Below, one piece after another: positions 1 through 13,332 of a stretch of DNA of 64,000 nucleotides. Positions within the stretch are counted from its first letter, which is position 1. The number at the start of each line of letters is the position of its first letter. The notes under the pieces were generated by a model. It had not been told where the DNA came from. It worked only from the letters and a program-made list of their open reading frames with translations, and ran no database searches. The stretch lies in assembly GCA_050084515.1 (NCBI GenBank), contig CM114271.1:25668001-25732000 (forward strand), written 5' to 3'. A program made the position numbers and the translations under genes. This DNA is from Blasia pusilla. Taxonomy: Eukaryota.

Positions 1-639
1 TCCTGATTGTAACCACGTCAATGTGGCCGATTTGGCGTTGAGTGAAAACTATATAAGTTTGGTTGCCCATATCTATTGTCAAAGGGCTCTTCTTGTAGTG
101 AGATGGATCCTAGGTGGCATTGTTGGTAATATCCTAGGTTGATGTGGCATATTTAGTCCTAGGTGGCTTGCTGCGTCAAAGCGGGCATGGGAGGGAATGG
201 ACACCCGTATAGCATACAAACGTTTGGTGTTTGGTGCCCAAGTAAGGTGTGTTGTGTTTGGCGGGAGAGAGTGTGCACTCGAGTGGGATGGTTGGAGTTT
301 CTCCAAGAGTGGGAAGTTCAAAGATTAGGGGATTGGGGAGGTCAGGAGGCTGAGAACAATTTGTTGTGAACGTTGTGAAGACTTTTACGCCTAGACCGCA
401 AGCTCCGAGTTTCTTCTGAAGACTCTGCTCTCTGAAGATTGTTTCATCTTCTTAGCCGCGGTTAGCTCTCTCTCTCTGTGCCTTTGCGATGTTCTCTCTC
501 TCTTTGCGCAACATCTGGAAGAGCCTTGCAAAATGACGTTCAACTTCTTCTCGGACTTCAAAGATCGCTCCACTCTGCAATGTTGTCTTGCTATTGACCC
601 GAGTATGTCCGAATAGCTTGGTGGCTCCGAAGGTTGAAA

Positions 640-1046
640 CTTCCTACGATGTACCGGTGTTGAAACTAGACCTACACTTTGTCGCACGCGCTCTTCATCT
701 ACAAACCACTCATCGTTCACTTTGCTGACACTCCAGTTGAAGTATCGCAGGAGAATACCAGCTTCAGTCCTTGATAGGGAAAGGAAATTTGTGATTTTGG
801 TCATCGCTTCTTCTTGTCGCTGGCGAATGTCCCTCTCATTGAGAATTGTGTAATTGGACTGAGGAAGCCTAGAACTCACATGAACGTCAAGTAAAGGGAA
901 TCATCGAAACCGTAGTCCGGCTCATCATCGTCATCATCACTGCCCATGGTATTCTCACTCGCCTTGTCGTCCTCTTCATTCATATCATAGAAGTCCCCGT
1001 CTGATGTTCCATACCAAGCATCCTGCATTTCATCTTCGGAGTCCAT
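640..1046 (-). pseudogene. ARIADNE-family RBR E3 ligase 5' fragment (acidic N-terminus + UBA-like region), truncated before RING1
   Basis: ATG at 1046 gives MDSEDEMQDA...DDDDEPDYGFDD. After a frameshift near 885 it reads YTILNERDIRQRQEEAMTKITNFLSLSRTEAGILLRYFNWSVSKVNDEWFVDEERVRQSVGL, resembling plant ARI7/ARI8 N-termini. No RING cysteines follow. Confidence 0.8.
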
Positions 1047-1163
1047 CGAGAGCGTCGAGAGCGTTTAGGGCGTACGCCAAGGTGTCTCCAATTCTAGGCG
1101 GGAAGAAAGCTTTTCGAATTCGAGTGGAGGTAGTTAGAAAAGTTTGGGTGTTGGTGACTCCAA

Positions 1164-1363
<200 letters not shown>

Positions 1364-1364
1364 G

Positions 1365-2500
1365 CCAAGCATTGTTACAAAGTTTGAAGGATTGGGTTGC
1401 TGATATTCAATTCTGTTGCACATCATTGGGTCTTTTGATGAGACTTGTGCTACAATGTGCACTTCTTTTCCGCGATATAATGTAGAGCCCTAGTGCTAGT
1501 AAGACTGAACTGGAGGCTGCATATGGAAGCATTGGGGATGTGTTTTCTTCTACTTTGAGGTTTAGAGTGGTTGTGTGCAGGCTGCTCTCCGAAATCTTGG
1601 AAGTCCAAAAAGTTGCTTTCAGCTCCCGCAAATTCTCCGTGATACTTAAAGTTGGAGCTAGCTACAGATTGTTACCAACCAAAAATGCATTCTTCAAGTG
1701 TTCCTCGAGTTGTACAAACAGAGAATTCTTAGAGTCATGCTTTTCATGAAGCAGTTGTGTTTGGCTAGTCATCTTGGCAATGTCCTCCCTCAATTGATCA
1801 ATTTCAACATTTTTTTTCTCCACACTTCCTTGCAAACGGTCAAGCTTTGCAACAAGTCCTTCTCGATTCGTTGATAGAGCTCAAAATTTATTGTGAATCG
1901 TGAGCTTGTTGACATCGTTGCCGCGTGAAAGTTATGCTGCCTTCAAAGAAGATTGCTTCTCCTCAATGACTTCCTTAAGATTTGCAACGTGCTCAGACAA
2001 CTCTATTGCGTATAATTGTAACCTAGCCATAGATTCCAATTGGGCGTCCAATTATGATATTCTCACCTAACTTGATTGTATGTAAGCTTCAGTCTCTTTA
2101 GAACGTCCTACCCAAGCAAAAACAATATTTTCAGCTTTCCCAACTTCTTCTTGCTTTAGGTGCAAGAGCGCTTCTAGATTGAGAATTTTCTCAAATAGAA
2201 TCTCAACTTGTTGATGAGCCCCTCTAAGACCAGTCAGTTAAGATTCCAATTCCACTATCTCAGAATCGGCACTCATCGCAACTCATTCTCAGTCTTCTCC
2301 AACTTTAATGCCAAGATTAAGTGCGATTCCTTCTCAGCCTCTATCCTACTTTGGGCATTCCTCAACTCCGTACTAAGCTGCATGGAAGTCGCCATCAAAA
2401 CTTTGGCATCTTGACCAGCTAGGATTGCCTTATTCTGGGCATCAGCCACCTCTGAAACTAACCACTCAACTTTCTCCAATTATGATATTCTCACCTAACT
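1365..2500 (-). pseudogene. Degraded fragment of a long coiled-coil protein gene
   Basis: Minus-strand pieces are E/K/L/Q-rich and heptad-like (STELRNAQSRIEAEKESHLILALKLEKTENELR) with many stops. A 26-nt internal repeat ccaattatgatattctcacctaactt occurs at ~2048 and ~2476. Confidence 0.4.
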
Positions 2501-2574
2501 TACAGCACTTGGTTTCACAAGCAGATGAATCAAGTATATTTAAAATAGTTTTTTTGTACTGTTTACATGTTCAC

Positions 2575-4865
2575 AGGCAGTTCAGACTGTCGTTGCAGGG
2601 GTGCTACATGATGTGGTTGATGACACAGGTCGAGATCTGAAGAATGTGAGGGAGCACTTTGGTGATTATGTGGCGAGACTAGTGGATGGTGTGTCAAAGT
2701 TAAGTCATATCAACCAGGTATGTCCCAACCTTGTTCATGCCTATTTCTGATGAGAGTTGGTGATTTGAAAGGTTTTTCTGAATACAAATTATAGGTCAAG
2801 TCCAACACACATGCAAGGTCCTGTCCAGGAAAGAAGGCTTGCTGCAGATATATCTAGCAAGTGGAGGGATTAATGAAGATGTGAACAGGAAAGCATAATC
2901 TTCAAATGTTTTTTGTAGCTCTGTAGGGCGGCGGGCTTTGCTGATTGTACAATCCTCGTATTTTGAACAAAATGAATAGAAAAGAATTCAGTGATCAACT
3001 GCAAATGTGGCTAATAGGTAGGGATCTCATACTAATCACAGTAGGTATAGAGGGCAAGGGGTTCAAGTCAAGGAATATTCAACTGGTTTCCAAACTCGAT
3101 TGGTATGATGGTTTAAGCTTCATTCTCAGGACCTGTCTATCAAAGTGAGGAAATGGAAATCCTTTGAACAGTCCGATGAGTTGGAAGAGCCAGAGTTGGA
3201 GGGGCAAACGTGGTTCAAATAGACTTGTTATTCGTAGTCAGTTCCATTCTGCTAAATTTCAAGCCCAACATCACCTTTTTCAAATAAAGCTGCCATTTGT
3301 TCTCCCTTAAAATAATTCCCCATGTAAATTCATATATTTCATAAGAGGCAATTTTGGGTCTATATTTGGGTATTGATCTACTATCTGGTACTCACTGCAG
3401 CTTTTGAGGAGGCACGGAAGGATAACAGCTTGTCAAAATTCAACAGAGGCCGGTGGTTTGAGTCCAGCAGAGGTAAGTGCACCTTGTCCCCGTGAAGTAA
3501 TGACTCTGTTTTGTGTGTCATCTCTTCATTTAGTATACAAGTCATGAGTAGACTTGTAAAGAACTTAAGACTTTCCCACTAGGGGAATGCTTTTTGTTCC
3601 TCGACAGGTAACATTTCTTGAAGATTTTTTTCAGGGTTTACTCTAATAGATAGTCAAGAGTTAGCTATTTAACTTTGGAGTGACTTATCTCTTGGAGTTA
3701 TGACAACCTCTAAACATGTGTAGCCTTGGTTATTTACTTGGCAACCAGGTGGGATTTTGCGGCGTTATGCTCTTGGGTAACATCAATGATCCTCGTGTGG
3801 TCCTCATCAACCTGGCCAATCGTCTACACAACATGCGAACAATGTAAGTAAAGAGAGGAAGGGTTCAAAGTTCCTCTTGATTTCAAACCAGCAAAAAGCT
3901 CACTACTTTGGCAAACTTTTACATGCTATGAAGTACATATTCATGTCAAAGGACTTTCGGAGGATATCATGATCTTTGACGGTCTTGATTGCATTCTCCT
4001 TAGTTATACTCTCCCACCATCGAAAGCACAGCACAAGAAACTTTGGCGCTTTGGTGCTCATTGGCATCAAGGCACCGTAGCTAGAAGATCTCTGTTTTCT
4101 TTGTCTTGCAAGTATGTTTAGATGACTTTTCAGGTTCCCCACGGATGGTCACTTTGATGCGTGGGGTTTGGGTGGTAACTAATTCTAGTTATCACTAGTT
4201 TCTGAGTTATGATGTATTGTTCTTACTGGAGGCCCTCTCATAATGTGCCTCCAACGGTGCTAGCCCAAAACCTTTCGGAGACTACAGTGCACTAGTCGCC
4301 ATATGGAGTCCACACAAAGACTGGAGGTATTTAAGGAGAATGACCAAAAGAGCTAAACGAAGAGCACTACTCTATGGTGATCTGGTGCAAGAGGAATTGG
4401 AACCCAAACGGATCGAAGATGAGGAAGAGTTGCAAGTGAAGGTGTGCATATCTCCCATAGCCTTGCGAAAAAGATGAAGGTGCCAGAAGTAACACCTTTA
4501 ACTACATTTTGTCATCGGGTTGAAGGAACTTGGGTCGTGCAATATTCATGGTGTCGATCTTGGGATTGCATGATCATTTAGATCATATGTTACTTATTCT
4601 CATTGCCCACCTTTGATTCTGAACGTGAGAAAGTGGTGTACTTACATGTTGATTGGTGATCAACAATAATGCAAGATTTTCTTGAAGCGGTTGTGCCATT
4701 TGATATTTTATTAGATCGGCAGCAGTGTGCTAGACTTGGTTCCCCTGGCAATCCAGGAGAGATAAGTAAGAAGAAAACAAAGGTGAACGGGATGCTAAAG
4801 TTGCCCTTGCTGCTTTGGGTGCCTATGAGGATGCTCTTGACAAGGAGCTTCTTATTTCAACCTCG
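2575..4865 (+). pseudogene. Intron-containing internal fragment of a plant RelA/SpoT homolog (RSH), HD hydrolase region
   Basis: GT-AG bounded exons: AVQTVVAGVLHDVVDDT...VARLVDGVSKLSHINQ (~2578-2717), LLRRHGR...GGLSPAE (~3401-3472), VMLLGNINDPRVVLINLANRLHNMRT (~3749-3843), LWCSLASR..LEDLCF (~4000-4110), DFLEAVVPFDILLDR...ELLISTS (~4669-4865). Frameshifts are present; no start codon or synthetase domain is seen. Confidence 0.8.
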
Positions 4866-5287
4866 TAAGTCCTCTATTCATAGTGTCAAGGGACATGAGC
4901 TCCATTGTCCAGATACAAGAGAAAGATGTTGCATGTGGAGTGGTTCTGAATCTTAACGTGAAGAGAGCATCTTTGGCTTTTTGCAGACATCGACAGTATC
5001 GGGAGCCTTGATTATTTTACTGTGAACAAAATTGGAATGAAGGGATCTTCCTAAGAAGGAATGCTTCCGCACATGACTAAACCAAAAGAACTGACCGCTC
5101 AAACTTCCCTGTGATCCATGTGCTCAAACCTCTACCTCCAACTATTATATATAAATAGTTTGGAAAAGAGGATTTCAATAATTCACCATATAAATGGAAA
5201 AGAGGATTTCAATAATTCAAATCCATTAATTCTTGCACCGTTCAAAAGGCATAATATACATTCCAAAGTATCCAAAATTTATTTTCC

Positions 5288-5966
5288 CACTAGTCATAAT
5301 CGATTCAAAAACTGAAGTAGTAAGCTTCAAGTTCTCTCTAGTCATAATTGTATGACTCATGCGATGGTTGTTGCAATGACTACATCATTTCCGAGAAATA
5401 GTCATATCTTTGTGACTAAACATCCGCTTCTATAGTTGTCATGTAACTCTACTCTTCTAGTCATAGTACATGACTACATGAGTCCATACCAACATTTCAA
5501 TAAAATAAAATGACTACATGAGTTGTCAACTATAATTGAATGGAGTATATTTTGGTGCATTTTGATAGGATATTTTGAATTTTTGCACACCAACCATGAC
5601 TAAAGGAGTCGTTGGTGGTAACTAGAAAAATATACACATATGACTAGATGAGTCGTACTCAAGTCCACATCATCATTGACATGTCACAACAATAGTCCAT
5701 ATCATGTTGACACATCATACTAAATAGTCCATGTCATGATGATGTGTGATTATTCCACGTCATCTAAGTGACATGTCGGTCATGGCCTCATGACTACACC
5801 TCGAGTCATATACCAACCTCCACCTAACCAAGGACTATCCTAGTTAGCCTAGTCGCCAAACAAATATGACTTGGATTTTTGTGTTTAGAGTCATTGTTGT
5901 GGTATCTAAAGTATGACTCATATGAGTCATATAACCTAGTCATAAAACTAGGGATTTCTTCTAGTG
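5288..5966. mobile_element. Right end of a CACTA (EnSpm) DNA transposon with subterminal repeats
   Basis: Ends ...gggatttcttctagtg (reverse complement CACTAGAAGAAATCCC) at 5966. More than 12 ATGACTA/TAGTCAT-type motifs occur in both orientations over 5290-5945. It abuts a truncated integrase. The left TIR is not found in the window. Confidence 0.75.
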
Positions 5967-7004
5967 CCTCCCACCAAAACCGTCTGGCTCGTTGTAGGAT
6001 CCGATCCCGCTCTCTAGCACCCAGCAACGCGTTGGTACTCCAAGACCACTTCAATCGTGAAGACCATCATCTCCTCACCGGCCTCTGGATCTTAGGACTC
6101 TCCATCATATCTCGCCATCGAAGTCTCAGAAATTTGGCTCTCCATAGCCAACAAGCCCAAATAGGCTGACACATGCCATCCTGGGACCAACTCCTCATCA
6201 CTCTCACCATGCCAACGATCTCTAGTTGCATCTTGCTGACTCGGGCATGGGTTACGGCTCAAACCATCCCATCCTGGTTGAGCGTCCCAAGTCTATGCAC
6301 CACCTAGAAGTCATACTCCAACAACAAAAGAGCCCACCTCGCAAGCTTCCCTGTAAGCTTGTCCGACTCCATCAACCACTTAAGTGGCTGATGATAAATA
6401 ATGATGGTAAAGGGATATGTGACAACCCACACTGCAACCAAGCACTCACCCTCATACGAGCTATACTTTGCCTTTGCAGCGTTGTTCGAGCAACTAGCGT
6501 AAGCCACCACAAACTCTCTACCATCATCGTCATGTTGGATGAGCACGGCTCCAAGCCCCAACATGCTCCAATCGGTATGCAACTGGAAAGGACGCACCCT
6601 GATCGGTCTCCTCAATATGGGCGCGAACGTCAATCTATCCTTGAGCATCTGAAATGCTCACTCCTTCTCATCCTCCCAGTGCCACTCCTGAGCCACCTTG
6701 GTCAGCAAGGTCAGCGGCTTTGCAATCGAGCTAAAACCCTTGACGTATCGTCGATAGAAGTTCGCCAATCCCATGAATGCACAAACTCGACTCACATCTA
6801 TAGGGCGTGGAATGCATGAAATAGCCTCTACCTTCGTCTGCTACACACCAAGGACCCTTGGGTATATCGTTTGACCCAGATACTCAATCTGGTCGTAGAA
6901 GAACTTGCACTTGCCTAGCTATAGCTTCAGCCCACGTAATTGCAATCGTCAAAACACCTCCTCTAGATGTCGCTCATGCTCCTCAACCGTGGCGCTAAAG
7001 ACTA

Positions 7005-7975
7005 TGATGTCAGGTCCATCGCCTGACCCAAGACATGATGTCGTGATGGCTCCAATTGTGATGGTACTAGCTTCACTCCTATGGGGAATCCCATCATTTG
7101 CTCTCGCTCATCGGCGTTGGGCTCCACCAACCTCTGTACCTGGTCATCCCAAACCAAGCCAGGTCCGGCCTCCTTGAATGCATGGGAAGCGGCCTCCTTG
7201 AATACATTGTGAGTTTTCTCGCTTCCCATGCATTGAAGGAGGCCGGACCTGGCTTGCTCGTGGCATGCCAATCCTATTGACCACAGTCAACGGTGGTCGA
7301 TCATCGTGCCTCACTACCTATGATCGACAGCCCGGATCCAATATAGAATCCACCAACAAATAGAAGGGACACTCCACTCTCATGTAAGCCCTCCACAACA
7401 CCTCATGTGGTACCAAGTTGGTCCACTAAAGATGCGGTCGGTGTGCTCTAGAATCTACACTCGCCATATCTAACAACACTCTTGGGCCGATCCATGCGCG
7501 CACTTGATGTGGACTCGTCACCATGCAAGACCTCGAATCGCCCAAAATTGGAAATTCTCCAAAATGCATGGTGGAGAATGAGGCTGATGCTCCTGTAAAT
7601 GTCGCAAGATCCGCATTATCTCCCAAAACAACCTGGACCGAGTGTAAGCTAACCCGCTATCTCATCCAACACTCGATTGGCCCTGACACGACCGACCAGT
7701 AATGACCAAATCTATGGTCCCTACCCGCTCCAAGTCTTGCGCCCTCAACAATAAAATGTCCCTCGGTAGGGAACTTTGGTAACCCTGAATGGTGGACGCA
7801 GACAACAAGTCGGGAAAATGGAGGCGTAACTGCGCCATATGGTGAAGTGAAGCGCGCCTCTCAACATCATCAATCTCCATATACACGTACTGTTGCACGC
7901 GCACTCCAACGTGCAAAAAAGCAACTAAGCCAGTGTTGATCCCTCCAAAGAGATCCAACACCCGAATAGCCTCCT
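7005..7975 (-). pseudogene. E1 DNMT3-like cytosine-5 methyltransferase domain (catalytic PC mutated to SC)
   Basis: IRVLDLFGGINTG, DLVITGRSCQG, HRPHL, EREQMMGF, HVLGQAMDL; frameshifts present. Confidence 0.85.
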
Positions 7976-8622
7976 CTGGGATGCACCACACAATCAGGGT
8001 GGTGTCCAAAGGGGTCATAGCAGCACTCCTGCCTACTTGGGGTTCCTCTGACCCATCACACTCTACGACAGATATCTCGCTCCACGCGGTCTGCACATGC
8101 TCAATGGCTAAGCGTCGAGCCCCAAAGTGGCACCTCTCCTCCACGGACTGATGCGTCTACCATGACACTCCTCTCCATAGACATGTCAAGAATGGGAGTA
8201 TCTCTGCATGGACATGTCCCTCGATCAAATCACTAGGCCAAGTGATGGCACTGCTAAATGCTACTAAGGTCACCATCTCTCCTTACCGTCGCTCGATCAC
8301 TGCACTTGTGAATCGAACGGGTAATGAGCTAAGGCGTCCATCACCTGACTACCATCCTGGTCTGTAGGACGCTGACTCCTCCCAATAATCCAAGGAAACC
8401 CCCATTGGGTATAACACTGCTCCACCATCCAAGACATCGTAGGACTCTACATCAGTCACTATCGCCTTGGCTCGCACCACTGACTCATCTGTAAGATGTC
8501 CCGGGCGAATCCTCACCACGACCTCTTTTCGGGTGATGTACTCGCTCGACTCAAGGATTTCTGTATCCGGAATGGACAACACTCCATATCGGCTCTCGTC
8601 AATCCCAATCCTTTGAATGACG

Positions 8623-8989
8623 TGTCATGACCATACGGATTATGTCGTAGAGTATAGTGTGCTAGTAGAGGCCATTCCTTATGTAGGACCGTAGTGGCTT
8701 GGTAGAGATGCGGTTTCATACATAGGGTTGGGGGTTACTCGAGTTGGGGTGACTTTCCCAGAGGGGCCGCTCTTAGATTGGAGGATATAAGGTGGAGTGC
8801 ACTCAAAGAACAGTCAGTCCTTTGAGTTGAGCCTGTTGCGTTGGGAGTTAGCCTTGGTAGTGAGTAGAGCCCTTGGCTATGGTGTTTCCCGCAAGCTTCG
8901 ACCTAGATTCTCCCATCGTGGAGTGGGTTTGGCTCAATTTTATGTGATTCTTTACATATTTTATGACAGTAGGTCTTTCACGGATTTCA
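8623..8989 (+). repeat. E2 repeat A1 (copy A2 at 17931-18294); contains TATA-like gatataag at ~8784
   Basis: Near-identical direct repeat; both copies end cggatttca. Confidence 0.95.
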
Positions 8990-10733
8990 CTCAAAGAACT
9001 GGAGTAGATCGATGGTAGCTTCGATTGTAGATCAGTAGGATCTGGTTAGGGCTGATTGTGTACTCAGCCGTGGATGTTCGTGGCTTGTGGCCTATGTTGG
9101 AGGTGTGACTCTGGTGCGTGGTTGGTTGAAAAAGAAGCGCCTTGCTGAGAGCTTTCCAATGTGTTTTAGATCGCCGGATTTTGTCAAGGGAGTTGGAAGT
9201 TATCAAGGATTGAAGATTATGGTTCGTGTTCGACGGTTTTCTGATGTGGAGAGCTTGGAGTGCGGAAGCTCTGTTGAAGTTCATCCAGATCGGGTGAGAG
9301 GTTCCTGTTGTTACTTGTATTGTGATCTCATGTGAAGCTATCTGCTGGAGTGTGTGGAGCGTTGCGGATTTCAGCGTGCATGAAACTTGGCGGAAGCGTT
9401 ATCGGATTTGCGATTATGGAGGTGTATGGACAACAAATTTGTCTGATTTTTAGCTCAGAGTACAGAGCTTGATTGTAGCTGATTTTTTGTGGATAGATAG
9501 CTATGGTGGTCAATTGAATTCTGGTTGAAACAAATTTGATTTCGGTCACGGATTTGTGAAGTAATTGCTGATCAAAATTTTGCGGACTAGCTGAAGGTCA
9601 AGCTATGGTGGACAGCGGATCGGAGGGGCTGGTTGGTTGGTGACTTGTTCATTGTTGGAGACGCCTATCCCATTGGGGGCGCCCTGGTTGGGCCTCTCTC
9701 CATAGCGAAGCATGGCGAACGGGGCGATAGGGGCATGTCTCGAGCATTTCGAGGCTTGGAGGCAACTCGTGGTAGCTCGGGGCGAGTGGGCTCGAGAGGC
9801 GGAGTAAGGAGCAAGGAGCAAGCAAGCAAGCTTGCTTGCTTGAGCGTGAGGCAATTTTTGCAAGATTTGGGATTTGAGTGTTGCATAACTGGTCACCCAT
9901 CTTTGGGCTATTCTGCTTGGAGGACGCTTAACTGCTGAGTTCTTAACTATGCCAGTGTACAGACTGTTGTAGCTCATTTGGTGCTATTCGGAGATGTGTT
10001 AGGCGCTTTATGCATCTCAGGTTTTTGGTTGATGTACCTCTAGCGCATAGTACGGTGTAGCCTCTCCATGCAGGTGATATTTTCAGTTGCTGCGAGTTTG
10101 ACTAGCATGTCATCGACCCGCGGCGGAGTAGCTATTGCGTTAGAATTGTGTGGTGGGTTTTGTGGATTCAGGGGGCACCACGTTTGGTGGATTATGTTAC
10201 CTTGATTTCCATTTGCGATTGGAGGATTGTCGTTGGACTTCCTGTGTTTGGATCCCCTCCATCGGTGCTTCTTGCTTGCGCGCCCATTGTTAGGGTTGAC
10301 GCTGATTTCCAGAGTAGTGTTACTCCTGTGTGCTACCGGTAGTGAGGCTGGAGGGATGACAAGTAGACCGTGGGAGGCTTCTTGTGGTGATGACAAGTTA
10401 GGTTGCCTACACCCATAGCTAGTAGAGCTAGAATAGTATAGCGACATCGACGTCACTTGGTTATTTGGTGGTGGTGCGGCATCGGCGTTGGTCATCACGG
10501 AGCTCTCGGGTGGTCTGGTTGGGGACCGTAGTGCGGAGAGTGGTGGTTTCACACGGATTGGATTTAGGTATCGGCTACCTTTTCCACTTCCGACGGTTGA
10601 TGAAGAGGAGGACGAGGGTGTTCCAAACACCGAGTCTTCTACGTTGTTATCGAGTGTTGCAGCTCCATTGATTTGCGACATGGACGGTGGATATGGGGCC
10701 ATGAAGGGCCCACGCGATACTGGTGCAGTGTAA

Positions 10734-11900
10734 ATGGGCACCATTGAGTTGGAGGACTTCATGCAGGAGTTTGATACGTGGTGTGATATGCAAATGTTTG
10801 AACGCCACGTTGTTTACACCCTTCTTGGCTTGGAAGGGTTGTTTGACACTTGGAAGGACCACCCATGGATGATTACCATGAGTTTAGGAAGGACCATGTT
10901 GCTGAGATTGAGGCATGGAGACAATATTGGTCTCCAGGCTATGTGTCTATCACCCATGGTGGTATTGGTAGTAGTGCTCCTACTATGCCAGCCAGCCCGA
11001 CGTTGAGTGGTATGAGTACGAGCCGGAGTGGGGGTACCAGTGGAGGTAGTAGTGGAGGTAGTAGTGGAGGTACTGGTGCCCCACCATCGTTCAGCCCGGT
11101 TGCAGAGTTCTTCAAGAGGTTGAAGAAGAACTATCAGGGAGTGAAGACGGAGAAGTTGAGGAGTCTTCAGGAATTTGAGCGAAAGACTGGTGAGAGTCTT
11201 CGTGAGGCATACACTCGTATGCGACGCTTGATTTCGATTACCAGGGTGTGATCGAAGATCAGCGATCGATTTTGGTATGGGATCTTGGATAGAGATTTGT
11301 GCCGTAGGGTACGTGATGCTACTCTTATGAGTGATGATTCACCCACATTGACCCATGTGTTTGCTCTATCTGAGAAGATTGAGCTTAACATGGTGAAGGA
11401 GAGAGTGGTGACATCCGCATTCAGTAGGGATACAAATACTACTTCTTGTGTTCAGTAGCCCACCTCACAGTCTCGTAGTAGTGGTGGTGGTAGTAGTAGT
11501 GGGAGTCGTGGGGGTACACGACCGACCTCCAGTCCTAGAGGACACTTGCGCAGAGACCATTGCCTTCATTTGCTGCCCCGCAGCAGGGCGATCATGTTGG
11601 ACATGTGGAGGTGATCATGTTAGGAAGTTTTGTCCCCAAGAGGATGGGAGACGGACTTTGGAGGATGGGCCTCAGTCGGCCCCAACTCAGCGTGATCATT
11701 GCGGGAGACCAGGTTATCCTCGAGAGCGTTGCTTTGATCTTCATCCAGAGTTGAGATCAGGCCGCGACCATGGTGGAGTAGCTCCGAGAGGCCGAGGTAG
11801 TAGAGGTGGTAGGGGTGGTAGAGGTGGACCAGTGGTTGGAGAGCCTACGGTGGCTACCCCTACCACTACGACAAAGTCGCTATGGCTTTCAGGATTGAGC
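10734..11900 (+). pseudogene. E2 Gag with two zinc knuckles
   Basis: GTIELEDFMQEFDTWCD, FERKTGESLREAYTRMRRL, CWTCGGDHVRKFC, and (C)DHCGRPG(H)PRERC; frameshifted. Confidence 0.85.
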
Positions 11901-12499
11901 GATTGGAGCAGTTGGCTACTATGGTGGTATCCAAAGATAGATCGTGTTGGGAGCAGGGCTTCCACCTCTTATGGAGGGGATGATCTCTCTTATATGGCGA
12001 GAAAAGATGAGTTGAGGCATCAGCTGCGATTCTGAGGAGCCACTCGGCGTGAGCCACGTGGTGCTCTTGGGAGTTGGACCCACAGAGGGGTGAGGCCGGG
12101 AGGCGGGCTAGGCTTCCCTAGTCATTCTTGTTGTGCGAGGTGCTTAGGACTCCATCCATGGTTCCTCGCAGCCTATTGAGAGCAGTGGGGACCGAGGCAT
12201 CTAAATCGCGTGTAGTAGACACGGATGCAGCATCCAGTGCAATATTGCAGATGGCAACTTTAGTGTTGGGATCCCCATTGTTTTCGGCCACGGAGCTGAT
12301 GGCTTTAGGAGTTGACTTAGCTCCTGTATTTCAGCAAGCAGCCACGTTGTGTGAACGTGGGGGTGTTACTGCTACACGTGTTGAGATGGATGAGGGTGTT
12401 GCGGTGGAGCGACCCTCTATGTCAGGTGTAGCATTGAGTACCAGTGCTACTTGGCAGGCAGCAGCGGTGAAGATGGATGCATTACCAGCCCGGCCAGCC

Positions 12500-12970
12500 A
12501 TTGATCATGAGAGGCTTACACCTGGTGTATGTATGTTGGACAACCGGAGTGGGATCTTCCGATTGGTGAGTCCTACAGGACAGGTGTATAGACCAGATAG
12601 AGTCTTGTTAGACTCTGGTGCCCAACCTTTGATGTTGGGAAAGGCGGCATATATTGGTTTGGGTATCCGGAGGTCAGAGCTTGAGCCTTGCCCATTCTAG
12701 ATTCAAACCTCACTTGGAGGAGCCAATGATAGGTCTCAATTCATGACACGGGAGAATTTTCTGTACATTTGAGACCAGATCATGCGACTGATAGCTCCCG
12801 GTTGGGAGTATCTGCGGTAGTCACATCAGCCGAGTCGTATGATGTACTAGTTGGAGGAGCAATATTGTACCCGATGGGTTTTCAGATGGATTAGTGGACT
12901 GAGACAGCGTCTTATAGACCTGGTTGGCAGTCCGGGATGGACGTATGAGCCAAGTTCCTGTGAGATTTAT
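12500..12970 (+). pseudogene. E2 aspartic protease
   Basis: RVLLDSGAQPLMLGK and ESYDVLVGGAILYPMGF. Confidence 0.85.
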
Positions 12971-13332
12971 TTATGGGGCTCGACCGAGGAGGGTCTACAC
13001 CAATAGTGTTAGCATCTGTGGCTGGTTTTAGTGGAGTAGTCACTTGGCCAGGAGACTTTTTGGAGGGTAATGTTTCTGCTATGGATTCTCCTGCGCATGA
13101 GGAGATAGAGGAGGTCCCTATTTTTGCAGCGGTGGCATCCTCATTGTTAGATGTGCCACTTTGGAGTTCAGGCGGTGCACTATGGCAGGAGGCTGATCGC
13201 CTAGTGCAGGAGGCTTGGTGTGAGGTTGTTATACCTCACGAGGAAGAGGAGGCCCCACGGCGGACTCCTACTTTTGGTCCAGTTGGGTTATCCCCTTTGG
13301 ATACTACACCCATTGTATGGCAGTATCCGCTA

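Noticed and set aside
5290-5945. CRISPR-like array of short repeats
   Set aside because: 7-nt motifs in both orientations with irregular spacing next to a CACTA TIR; eukaryotic context
10040-10762. 240-aa antisense ORF in the E2 leader
   Set aside because: Low-complexity S/P/N-rich, no domain recognised, no counterpart seen in E1, E3 or E4
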